Origin: Minisyncoccota bacterium
GTDB lineage: Bacteria; Patescibacteriota; Minisyncoccia; UBA6257; 1-14-0-10-40-38
Reading direction: 5' to 3'
NCBI GenBank assembly: GCA_009694925.1
Contig: SIBX01000001.1
Coordinates: 1 to 59,243, forward strand
Length of the DNA: 59,243 nucleotides
In this document: positions 8,930-16,055 of the stretch, in pieces
Numbering within the stretch: position 1 is the stretch's first letter
Layout: every line of letters starts with the position of its first letter
Notes under the pieces: generated by a model
What the model was told of the DNA's origin: nothing
The model's database searches: none
What the model saw: only the letters and a program-made list of their open reading frames with translations
Program-made: the position numbers and the translations under genes

Positions 8930-9151
8930 TTATTGAATACTGCCGGATTGAAAAAGTATCGCTTCTGGCCTCAGCTTGTCTGCTCTTTCTTTGCAGATTA
9001 CAGAGCAAAATGGCCTTTTGCATTTGCCGACATAATAGAGGCTGTCGACTGGGATTACTGCTTTACATTCAGTGCAATCGTGTCTGACTTTGGCCATATG
9101 ATGTTCTGGAACCAGATCATCGTCTTCGTATCCTCCAGCGCATCCGCACAT
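8930..9151 (-). CDS. GC-rich orphan micro-protein, 73 aa, FCS/TRASH-like zinc finger
   Basis: GGGAGGAA lies 8 nt upstream of the ATG. ...HDCTECKAVIPVDSLYYVGKCKRPFCSVICKE fits C-x2-C-x19-FCS-x2-C. Confidence 0.55.
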   Translation of the reverse strand: MCGCAGGYEDDDLVPEHHMAKVRHDCTECKAVIPVDSLYYVGKCKRPFCSVICKERADKLRPEAILFQSGSIQ

Positions 9152-9200
9152 CAGAGTTTCCTCCCATGTTTGTGACCGCCATAAGACCAGTGCTTTCTAT

Positions 9201-9230
9201 ATTATAATCTTGATTTAAGACATTTCGCAA
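9201..9230 (-). promoter_or_regulatory. predicted promoter for the 8930..9151 ORF
   Basis: Minus strand: TTGCGA (9230-9225), 18 nt spacer, TATAAT (9206-9201). Confidence 0.5.
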
Positions 9231-9248
9231 ACTGTTTTAAAAATGAAA

Positions 9249-9302
9249 GAGTCCGGTTCAGAATTTTATCTGATACCGGACTCCTGCCCCGCCGTAGCGG
9301 GG
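9249..9302 (-). terminator. tandem hairpins terminating the 9315..9530 ORF
   Basis: gagtccggt-(17 nt)-accggactc plus ccccgc-cgta-gcgggg. On the minus strand they are followed by tttcattttt. Confidence 0.6.
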
Positions 9303-9314
9303 ACTTATTCGCTT

Positions 9315-9530
9315 TCAGGCGGTGGCGACGGCGAGTTGACGCTCGTCGACCATCTCCGTGATCGTCGGAGCCGAGAAGCGCCGGATGAGATCCAGTCCGC
9401 CCGGCTTCCTGCCACCAGCCGCGATGATCATCTGCGCGATGAGCCCGCGAGTGGTCGGAGCACCCCGGAAAGTCCGGATCTCGCAACGGCACTCACCGCT
9501 CACCCTGCATGCCCTTGAGTCGCAAATCAT
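9315..9530 (-). CDS. GC-rich orphan micro-protein, 71 aa, N-terminal Cys cluster
   Basis: MICDSRACRVSGECRCEIRTF... (C-x4-C-x5-C-x-C). Weak SD GGGGAAAG 6 nt upstream. Consensus promoter and terminator hairpins flank it. Confidence 0.45.
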   Translation of the reverse strand: MICDSRACRVSGECRCEIRTFRGAPTTRGLIAQMIIAAGGRKPGGLDLIRRFSAPTITEMVDERQLAVATA

Positions 9531-9622
9531 TTCAGTCTTTCCCCGATTGCCATTCTAGCCTCGTGTTACCGAGCTAGAGGACTGTGAGTGAGTAGGGCCA
9601 ATCCCTTATCACTTACTTTATC

Positions 9623-9652
9623 ATTATATCATACGATACATCTATTTGTCAA
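9623..9652 (-). promoter_or_regulatory. near-consensus promoter of island C
   Basis: Minus strand: TTGACA (9652-9647), 18 nt spacer, TATAAT (9628-9623). Implies an approximately 85-nt GC-rich leader with hairpins before the ATG at 9530. Confidence 0.65.
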
Positions 9653-9666
9653 TATATAAAGCCTAT

Positions 9667-9717
9667 AATCCTTAAAAATAAGGGTTCTGTTGTAAAAATC
9701 CCTTATTTTTAAGGATT
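9667..9717. repeat. perfect 18-bp inverted repeat (hairpin or operator)
   Basis: aatccttaaaaataaggg-(15 nt)-cccttatttttaaggatt. It lies between the divergent island C promoter and the surface-protein promoter. Confidence 0.7.
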
Positions 9718-9743
9718 CTTTATAATTTATAAACTCACAGCTC

Positions 9744-9772
9744 TTTACAAATTAAATTGACCTTGATATAAT
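9744..9772 (+). promoter_or_regulatory. predicted promoter of the 9846..11867 gene
   Basis: TTTACA, 17 nt spacer, TATAAT. Confidence 0.55.
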
Positions 9773-9845
9773 ATGGAAATGAAGGTTGGGCTTAGAACGT
9801 TATTAATAGTAGCGATAAACCCAGAAAATAATTTAAAATAACTAT

Positions 9846-11867
9846 ATGTTCAAAAAAATTATACTTTTAAATATTGCAATTCTTTCGATATTTTTTATCG
9901 ACTTAAACCAAAACAAAACTCTGGCTTCTTTTCCTGGTTATTGTTCTAGCGAAATTATAATTTTTGCACAAGACATAGATGGAGTTACTCCCGGCAATAA
10001 CAATGATACGGCCATAGTAAATAATAGAAATGGAGCCCGCTTAGCAACAATTAATCAGGTAAGCGATGACTACATAGTTTTTCCGAATGATTATTATATT
10101 AAAGTTTATTCTGGAGAAAGAGCCGTTTACGCTGGAGCTCAAAAAGCCAATTTAACTTTCGAAATAGTAGATAATAATTACGCTCTTTTAAACAGCTATT
10201 CTTTCGGGGTTACAAATTCTAATAGAAAAGAGGTTCAAATTAATCAGGACGGCTACATTCATTTTATTAAAAATTTTAAATCGAATCAGTCTAGTTGGAT
10301 TATAATTTGTCCGAAATCAAACTCAAATCCACCACCAACTTCTAACGGCCAAATTACCTGGAGCCAAATTCCAACTCAATATGTAAATATTGGCAGTGTT
10401 TTGCAATTCAATATTTCGGCCAATAGTTCTATAGGAAAAACAATTTCTTATACTGCCGTTAATCTTGCCCAAGGAGCTTCTTTTGATTCAAATACAATGC
10501 AATTTTCTTGGACACCAACTCAATCTGGAACATATAGCGTAACTTTTAGGGCCAGTGACGGAATAAATTCAACAGACATGACAGTTTCCATAATTGTTAA
10601 TGGAACTACTGGAGGTGGCTGTTATTATAGTTGCAATAATAGTTGTGACTACAACAATAATTATAATTATTCAGGATCTTCTATCCTTGAGCAGTACGAT
10701 ATTTTCGGAATTTTTGGAAATTCAAACAATAATTCAAATTATGGCTGTAATAATAATTGTGGTTATTCTGGAAATTGTAATTATAACGACAATAACAACA
10801 ACGGTTCTTATTATCAGAATTATAATATCTACGCCCCAAATTGGAATATAATTCCAACTCAGACAGGATATGCTGGCCAGCTTTTAAGATTTGTTGTTTT
10901 TGCAACCAGCCAAAACAATTCAAATCTTTCTTATTCAGCCTTTAATCTTCCGTCTGGTGCATCTTTTGATTCCGTAACCAGAACTTTTTCTTGGGTTCCA
11001 GGATTCAATCAGATCGGAACATATCACGCTCTATTTAGGGTTACCGATGGATCTTCCGCTTCTCAAGATATGAACATAACCATAAATATTTTAAATAGTG
11101 GTCAAGCTGCTCCAAGTTTTACAGTTTTTGATCCTCCTCTTACTGGAGTTGAAAATCAATCTTGGACATATACGGCTCAGGCCGTTTCAAACGGCGGAGG
11201 TGGTGTTGTTTATAGATTATTAACCGCTCCAGCCGGCATGACCATTAGCCAAATAGCAGGAACAATTAATTGGATTCCAAATTCTTCTCAAGGAAGACCA
11301 AATCCATATTTAGTTACTGTTGGAGCTTCATCTGGATATGCCGAAGCCACTAGATCATTTTATTTAACCATAGCCGACACAGATGGAAATTATTCAATTC
11401 CATATATTCCTCCTTATCAAGGTTCTGGTTCTGGAATTATTCAAAAACCAAATATCAGCAATATAAATATAAATAATATTGATGGGGGAATAAGAATTTC
11501 TTGGAGCACGGATATTCCGGCCAAAGGAAGAGTTGTTTACGGAAGAGAATCTCAGGCCAATAAAGGGGAGCCATATTCATATTCTAACGCCACAAATTAT
11601 TCAGAAGTTAATAAAGATAATTCTGTAAATTTGACAGGTTTGGAAGATAATAAAACTTATTATTTGAGAATAGTTGCCGACGCCTCTGGCGCAGTTTCCA
11701 CGAGTCAAGAAATAAGTTATGTTTATTTAGCAGCCTCCGGCGCTGGTCTTGGATTTGCCTTAGCGTCTTTAGGTGCTCTTATTGCTAACGGTTGGTTTTG
11801 GCTTATAGCCATCCTAGCTATCGGAATCTTCTATGTTTATCCAAAATTCTCAAAAAAAACTGCTTAA
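9846..11867 (+). CDS. large cell-surface protein: signal peptide, three Ig-like (He_PIG-type) repeats, Asn/Tyr/Cys low-complexity linker, Fn3-like domain, C-terminal TM anchor
   Basis: Repeats ...YTAVNLAQGASFDSNTMQFSWTPTQSGTYSVTFRASDG / ...YSAFNLPSGASFDSVTRTFSWVPGFNQIGTYHALFRVTDG / ...YRLLTAPAGMTISQIAGTINWIPN. C-terminus GWFWLIAILAIGIFYVY. Confidence 0.8.
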   Translation: MFKKIILLNIAILSIFFIDLNQNKTLASFPGYCSSEIIIFAQDIDGVTPGNNNDTAIVNNRNGARLATINQVSDDYIVFPNDYYIKVYSGERAVYAGAQKANLTFEIVDNNYALLNSYSFGVTNSNRKEVQINQDGYIHFIKNFKSNQSSWIIICPKSNSNPPPTSNGQITWSQIPTQYVNIGSVLQFNISANSSIGKTISYTAVNLAQGASFDSNTMQFSWTPTQSGTYSVTFRASDGINSTDMTVSIIVNGTTGGGCYYSCNNSCDYNNNYNYSGSSILEQYDIFGIFGNSNNNSNYGCNNNCGYSGNCNYNDNNNNGSYYQNYNIYAPNWNIIPTQTGYAGQLLRFVVFATSQNNSNLSYSAFNLPSGASFDSVTRTFSWVPGFNQIGTYHALFRVTDGSSASQDMNITINILNSGQAAPSFTVFDPPLTGVENQSWTYTAQAVSNGGGGVVYRLLTAPAGMTISQIAGTINWIPNSSQGRPNPYLVTVGASSGYAEATRSFYLTIADTDGNYSIPYIPPYQGSGSGIIQKPNISNININNIDGGIRISWSTDIPAKGRVVYGRESQANKGEPYSYSNATNYSEVNKDNSVNLTGLEDNKTYYLRIVADASGAVSTSQEISYVYLAASGAGLGFALASLGALIANGWFWLIAILAIGIFYVYPKFSKKTA

Positions 11868-11928
11868 AGATATATCAAAATAAAAAAATCCACGTGGCTC
11901 TTACGGGGATTTTTTTATTTATAAATTA

Positions 11929-11957
11929 TTGACAAAATTTTTTATTGGGAGTAAATT
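11929..11957 (+). promoter_or_regulatory. predicted promoter of island D
   Basis: TTGACA, 17 nt spacer, TAAATT. Followed by an approximately 100-nt GC-rich leader. Confidence 0.5.
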
Positions 11958-12068
11958 AATATTTAGTACACGATTCGGTGTGTAAGCCGGATCAACAACA
12001 GAGATTCGCAATTCGAGAGAGGGAGGGTTTCTCTTTAGCCCGCTTTTGTGGGCAGAAGGAATTTTCTC

Positions 12069-12584
12069 ATGAAGGCCTTGATGTTGGTTCTGGCGGTGCT
12101 CCTCGTGGGAGCCTCGGCAGGAGCTGTCTCTTCGGCAACGTCGGCGGAACCGACCACTCTGAAGATGGTCGATCCGTTCGTCTCGGCGACCGTCACGGTG
12201 AACGGCGTCGTGGTGGAGGTGGAGTTCGTGGATCTCTCCACGGGCCTCACGCTCACGACGACGAATCCGGCTCTCGTCGCGATGGCTAGCGATTACGTGA
12301 GCGATCCGGATACGTCATCTGCACGCTTCACCAAGGATGTCAGCGACGGCAACGGGGGCAAGAAGAAGGTCGAGATGACCATCACGGTCACCAAGCGATC
12401 CGAAGAGTCCGGCAAGGAATTCCTCAGGCGCTTCGAGAAGCGTTGCGAGGACGCCATCTCTTCTGGTTGGGAGCCCGTCGTCACGCCGACGTCGAACGTC
12501 TACGACTCGAACCGGCCGGTCCTCGACGTCGTCCATCTCTACGACAGGGACGACCCGCCTTCGGACATCGGCAACGCTGTCTGA
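12069..12584 (+). CDS. GC-rich orphan secreted protein (171 aa)
   Basis: GAAGGAA lies 8 nt upstream of the ATG. Signal peptide MKALMLVLAVLLVGASAGAVSSATSA. Codons overwhelmingly end in G/C. A strong terminator follows directly. Confidence 0.7.
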   Translation: MKALMLVLAVLLVGASAGAVSSATSAEPTTLKMVDPFVSATVTVNGVVVEVEFVDLSTGLTLTTTNPALVAMASDYVSDPDTSSARFTKDVSDGNGGKKKVEMTITVTKRSEESGKEFLRRFEKRCEDAISSGWEPVVTPTSNVYDSNRPVLDVVHLYDRDDPPSDIGNAV

Positions 12585-12589
12585 ATGCC

Positions 12590-12637
12590 GACCCCCACTT
12601 TGCAAGCCAAGACTTGCGAGTGGGGGTCATTTTTTTA
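12590..12637 (+). terminator. intrinsic terminator of island D
   Basis: gacccccact-(19 nt)-agtgggggtc followed by a, T7. Confidence 0.85.
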
Positions 12638-12654
12638 TTTCATACTTTTTGTTT

Positions 12655-12684
12655 TTACTCCTACGATATTTTTCTTGGTATAAT
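12655..12684 (+). promoter_or_regulatory. msrA promoter with extended -10, leaderless geometry
   Basis: TTACTC, 18 nt spacer, TGgTATAAT. Only 6 nt separate the -10 box from ATG 12691, and there is no SD. Confidence 0.55.
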
Positions 12685-12690
12685 ACATCT

Positions 12691-13179
12691 ATGGATCAAA
12701 AATCAGAAAAATTAGAAATAGCCACCTTCGCCGCCGGTTGTTTCTGGGGAGTTGAAGATAAATTTATGCAGACTAATGGAGTAAAAAACACTGAAGTTGG
12801 TTATACTGGTGGCCATCTTAAAAGCGCAACCTATAAAGATGTTTGCTCTGGCACAACTGGTCACGCTGAGACCGTTAATGTTTATTTTGATCCAAAACTA
12901 ATTTCATATGGAGAGCTTCTAAATATTTTTTGGCTCCTTCACGATCCAACTCAATTCAACCGCCAAGGACCAGATTATGGCAGTCAATATCGCTCGGCAA
13001 TTTTTTATCACGACGAAAATCAGAAAACTTTAGCCGAAAAATCAAAATCTCAACTAGATCAAAGCAATAAATATCCTAAAAAAATAGTCACAGAAATAAC
13101 CAGAGCCACAGAATTCTATAAGGCCGAAGAATATCACCAACAATATATGAAGAAAACCGGTCTTAAGGTTTGTCATTAA
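12691..13179 (+). CDS. msrA: peptide methionine sulfoxide reductase A
   Basis: ATFAAGCFWGVE active-site motif, GHAETV and YHQQY. Confidence 0.92.
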   Translation: MDQKSEKLEIATFAAGCFWGVEDKFMQTNGVKNTEVGYTGGHLKSATYKDVCSGTTGHAETVNVYFDPKLISYGELLNIFWLLHDPTQFNRQGPDYGSQYRSAIFYHDENQKTLAEKSKSQLDQSNKYPKKIVTEITRATEFYKAEEYHQQYMKKTGLKVCH

Positions 13180-13202
13180 ACAATAATTAATAACTCAGCA
13201 AT

Positions 13203-13835
13203 ATGGAAATACTTTACTATATAATAATTCTGATTTTTTCGGTAATGGTTCATGAAGTTTCTCACGGCGCTATAGCTTTAAAGTTTGGAGATACTACAGC
13301 AAAAGACGCCGGTAGGTTGACGTTAAATCCCATTAAACACATCGATCCATTTGGCTCCATTATTCTCCCTCTTTTAATGATCCTTCCCAGTGTTCTTAGC
13401 GGAAGACCAATCGGTCCTATATTCGGATGGGCAAAACCAGTTCCGGTAAATCCCTATAATTTAAAAAATCCAAAAAAAGAATATGGCCTAGTTGGATTAG
13501 CTGGTCCTTTAAGTAATTTTCTATTAGCATTAATTTTTGCATTAATTTTTAGACTATCATCAGTTATCGGAATAAATTCAACCCCGCTTCTTAACAGTTT
13601 TCTTTTAATAGTGATGGTAAATATTGGCTTAGCGGTCTTTAATCTTATCCCAATCCCTCCGCTCGATGGTTCCAGCATCCTATTTTCCTTTTTAAGAGAC
13701 GATTCTCCATTAAAGTTATTTCTCTCAAGATACGGATTTATAATCTTATTAGTTTTAATCTTCAGCAATTCAATTAACTTCATCAGCCTAATAATCAGCA
13801 TCCTATTTTCTCTCTTCACCGGTTTAAAGATGTAA
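13203..13835 (+). CDS. M50 family (site-2 protease-like) membrane zinc metalloprotease
   Basis: HEVSHG (HExxH) and NLIPIPPLDG motifs, with multiple TM segments. Confidence 0.8.
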   Translation: MEILYYIIILIFSVMVHEVSHGAIALKFGDTTAKDAGRLTLNPIKHIDPFGSIILPLLMILPSVLSGRPIGPIFGWAKPVPVNPYNLKNPKKEYGLVGLAGPLSNFLLALIFALIFRLSSVIGINSTPLLNSFLLIVMVNIGLAVFNLIPIPPLDGSSILFSFLRDDSPLKLFLSRYGFIILLVLIFSNSINFISLIISILFSLFTGLKM

Positions 13836-13859
13836 AAATCAAAGATTTACATCTTTAAA

Positions 13860-13889
13860 CTATGGCCTATCTACTATGGCCTATGGCCT
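13860..13889 (+). repeat. four tandem heptamers CTATGGC/CTATCTA/CTATGGC/CTATGGC followed by a T-run
   Basis: Near-identical to the array at 53001-53030 (aactatggccta..ctatggcctatggcctttttt). Confidence 0.7.
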
Positions 13890-13912
13890 TTTTTTATTGT
13901 AAGATTTATTTA

Positions 13913-14611
13913 ATGAAAAAATATGCCGTTATAATCTATGGCGCTCCCGGTTCCGGCAAAACAATGCAGGCCGATCTTCTCTCTAGAAAATTAGGCATAC
14001 TTCACTTTGATATTGGTCATTTTTTGGAAGACATCTTTAAAGATGAAAATGCTTTAAAAGACGAGAGGGTGTCTGAACAAAAGCACGTTTTTGAGTCCGG
14101 GGGAATGTGCGATCCTCTTTGGATTGTCTCTTTAGTTTCAAAAAGGTTTAAAGAAATAGCCAATTCAGGTTCCAGTTTGATTTTAAGCGGATCTTTACGA
14201 ACAGTTTTAGAAACATTCGGCCACGAAAAGATGAAGGGATTGATAGATATTTTAGAAGAAGGTTATGGTAAAGAAAATATATATTTTTATTTTCTGGATT
14301 CAAAGCCAGAAACCTCAATCAAGAGAAATAAGAATCGTTTAATATGTTCAATTTGTGGAAGACCAGTTTTAGCCGAAGCCTTTAAAACAAAACCAGTAGC
14401 TTGTCCTATCTGCGGAGGCGAGTTAAATACTAGGGCACTTGATAAGCCAGAAATTATAAAAAAGCGCCTTTTAGTTTTTCACTCAGATACTAAGCCGGTC
14501 CTCGAAGAATTAACTAAGCGAGGCTACAAGATAACTCATATAGAAGGAGAGAGAAAGCCTTATGAGGTAGAGGCCGATATTCTAAAAAGTTTGAATCATG
14601 ATAAAAAATAA
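13913..14611 (+). CDS. adk: adenylate kinase with zinc lid
   Basis: GAPGSGKTMQ P-loop and CSICGR...CPICGG lid. ATG 13913 (MKKYAVIIYG) preferred over 13862. Confidence 0.9.
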   Translation: MKKYAVIIYGAPGSGKTMQADLLSRKLGILHFDIGHFLEDIFKDENALKDERVSEQKHVFESGGMCDPLWIVSLVSKRFKEIANSGSSLILSGSLRTVLETFGHEKMKGLIDILEEGYGKENIYFYFLDSKPETSIKRNKNRLICSICGRPVLAEAFKTKPVACPICGGELNTRALDKPEIIKKRLLVFHSDTKPVLEELTKRGYKITHIEGERKPYEVEADILKSLNHDKK

Positions 14612-15350
14612 AGAGGAGATAGAGAAAATAAGAAAGTCTGGCAAAATTTTAGCTGAAGTTCTTAAAATCTTAAAAAAAGAAGCAAAAGTTGGAGTCTCTC
14701 TTTTGCAACTTGATGTACTAGCAAAAAAATCGATTGAATCACTTGGCGGGATCCCTGCATTTTTAAATTATTTTCCATATGGAGCAAAGAAGCCGTATCC
14801 AAATACGCTGTGTGCTTCTTTGAATGAAGTTATAGTTCACGGCGTGCCAACAGATAGAAAGCTAAAGAATGGAGATGTGTTAAAACTCGATCTAGGCGTC
14901 ATCTTTGAAAAGTTTTACTCAGACTCAGCCATAACAGTTGTTATAGGAGAATCCTCAAAGGAAGTCTTAAATTTAATTAAGGCCACAGAGTTAGCCTTAG
15001 TAGGGGGCATTAAACAAGCTAAGTCGGGCAACACCTTGGGAGATATAAGTTTTGCTATTCAATCAGTTGCAAATAAGTATGGCGTATCTGTTGTTCGTGG
15101 GCTGGGTGGTCACGGAATCGGTCTAGATCTTCACGAAGAACCGTTTATAGACAACATGGGCACTTCCGGTAAGGGACTTAAGCTAAAAGATGGTATGGTT
15201 TTTGCACTTGAACCAATGTTCGCCCTTGGTAAGGGAGAAATAAAGATACTTGAAGATGATAGTTATTCAACAATAGACGGGTCAGTCTCTGCTCAATTTG
15301 AACACACAGTTCTGGTTACGAGAAATGGAGGAGAAATCTTAACTAAATAG
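14598..15350 (+). CDS. map: type I methionine aminopeptidase
   Basis: The adk-map order is typical. DLGV...YSDS, GHGIG and EPM...FEHTV metal-ligand motifs. Confidence 0.92.
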   Translation: MIKNKEEIEKIRKSGKILAEVLKILKKEAKVGVSLLQLDVLAKKSIESLGGIPAFLNYFPYGAKKPYPNTLCASLNEVIVHGVPTDRKLKNGDVLKLDLGVIFEKFYSDSAITVVIGESSKEVLNLIKATELALVGGIKQAKSGNTLGDISFAIQSVANKYGVSVVRGLGGHGIGLDLHEEPFIDNMGTSGKGLKLKDGMVFALEPMFALGKGEIKILEDDSYSTIDGSVSAQFEHTVLVTRNGGEILTK

Positions 15351-15486
15351 ATTATTTAAAACCTCCATCAGATCTTAAGAGTTGTAATGCAGATAGTGCC
15401 TAGCATAATTTGTTTATTGTTTAATATTTAGCGATTTAGAGCATTTGATTATTATTAATACTTGATGTAAAATTCTTACTTAATTT

Positions 15487-15945
15487 ATGGAATACTATTT
15501 AACGCCAGAGAAACTAGGGGAATTGAAAATAGAATTAGAACGGTTGAAAACCGATGCTAGAATTGAAATTTCAGAAAAAATAAAACGTGCCAAAGAATAT
15601 GGCGACTTATCAGAAAACGCAGAATATTCTGAAGCCCGCGATGAACAAGCAGAGCTGGAAAAAAGGATTGCAGAGATGGAAGATTTGATCGGAAACGCCG
15701 TTCTGATAAAAAACGGTCATAATAAAAAAGGGCTAATAGAAATTGGCTCAACTTTTACAGTTTCAAAAAATGGAAAAGAGGCTAAAATGAGATTAGTTGG
15801 TTCAAATGAAGCAGATCCGATTACTGGTTTGGTTTCTAATGAATCTCCTTTAGGAAAGGAATTATTAGGCAAAGGAAAAGGGGATACGGTAACTATTAAG
15901 GCTCCAATGGGAGAGATAAAATACAAGATTTTACAAGTAGAATAA
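15487..15945 (+). CDS. greA: transcription elongation factor GreA
   Basis: LT..G...L..EL..L, AKEYGDLSENAEYSEARDEQ, and 152 aa size. Confidence 0.9.
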   Translation: MEYYLTPEKLGELKIELERLKTDARIEISEKIKRAKEYGDLSENAEYSEARDEQAELEKRIAEMEDLIGNAVLIKNGHNKKGLIEIGSTFTVSKNGKEAKMRLVGSNEADPITGLVSNESPLGKELLGKGKGDTVTIKAPMGEIKYKILQVE

Positions 15946-16055
15946 AAAACAAAATAAAAAATTAAATATCTAAAATCAAAATTAGACTCTTGATTGAAAC
16001 TTTTCATTTTTAATTGTCATTTTACATTTTGATCTTTAAACTTTAATCTAATTAT

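Noticed and set aside
10594-10923. ORFs 10594..10851 (+) and 10681..10923 (-) inside the surface-protein gene. Also the many 60-120-aa antisense ORFs inside AT-rich housekeeping genes (for example 1517..1723, 2906..3196, 4105..4413, 16238..16591, 31209..31430, 35952..36194).
   Set aside because: They are embedded in, or antisense to, well-supported conserved CDS and have low-complexity or Leu/Ile/Phe/Ser-rich translations typical of shadow ORFs.
9846-11867. A diversity-generating retroelement or phase-variation system acting on the Ig-repeat surface protein.
   Set aside because: No reverse transcriptase, no template-repeat/variable-repeat pair and no invertible-promoter repeats are visible. 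Only the low-complexity N/Y/C tract is noted.
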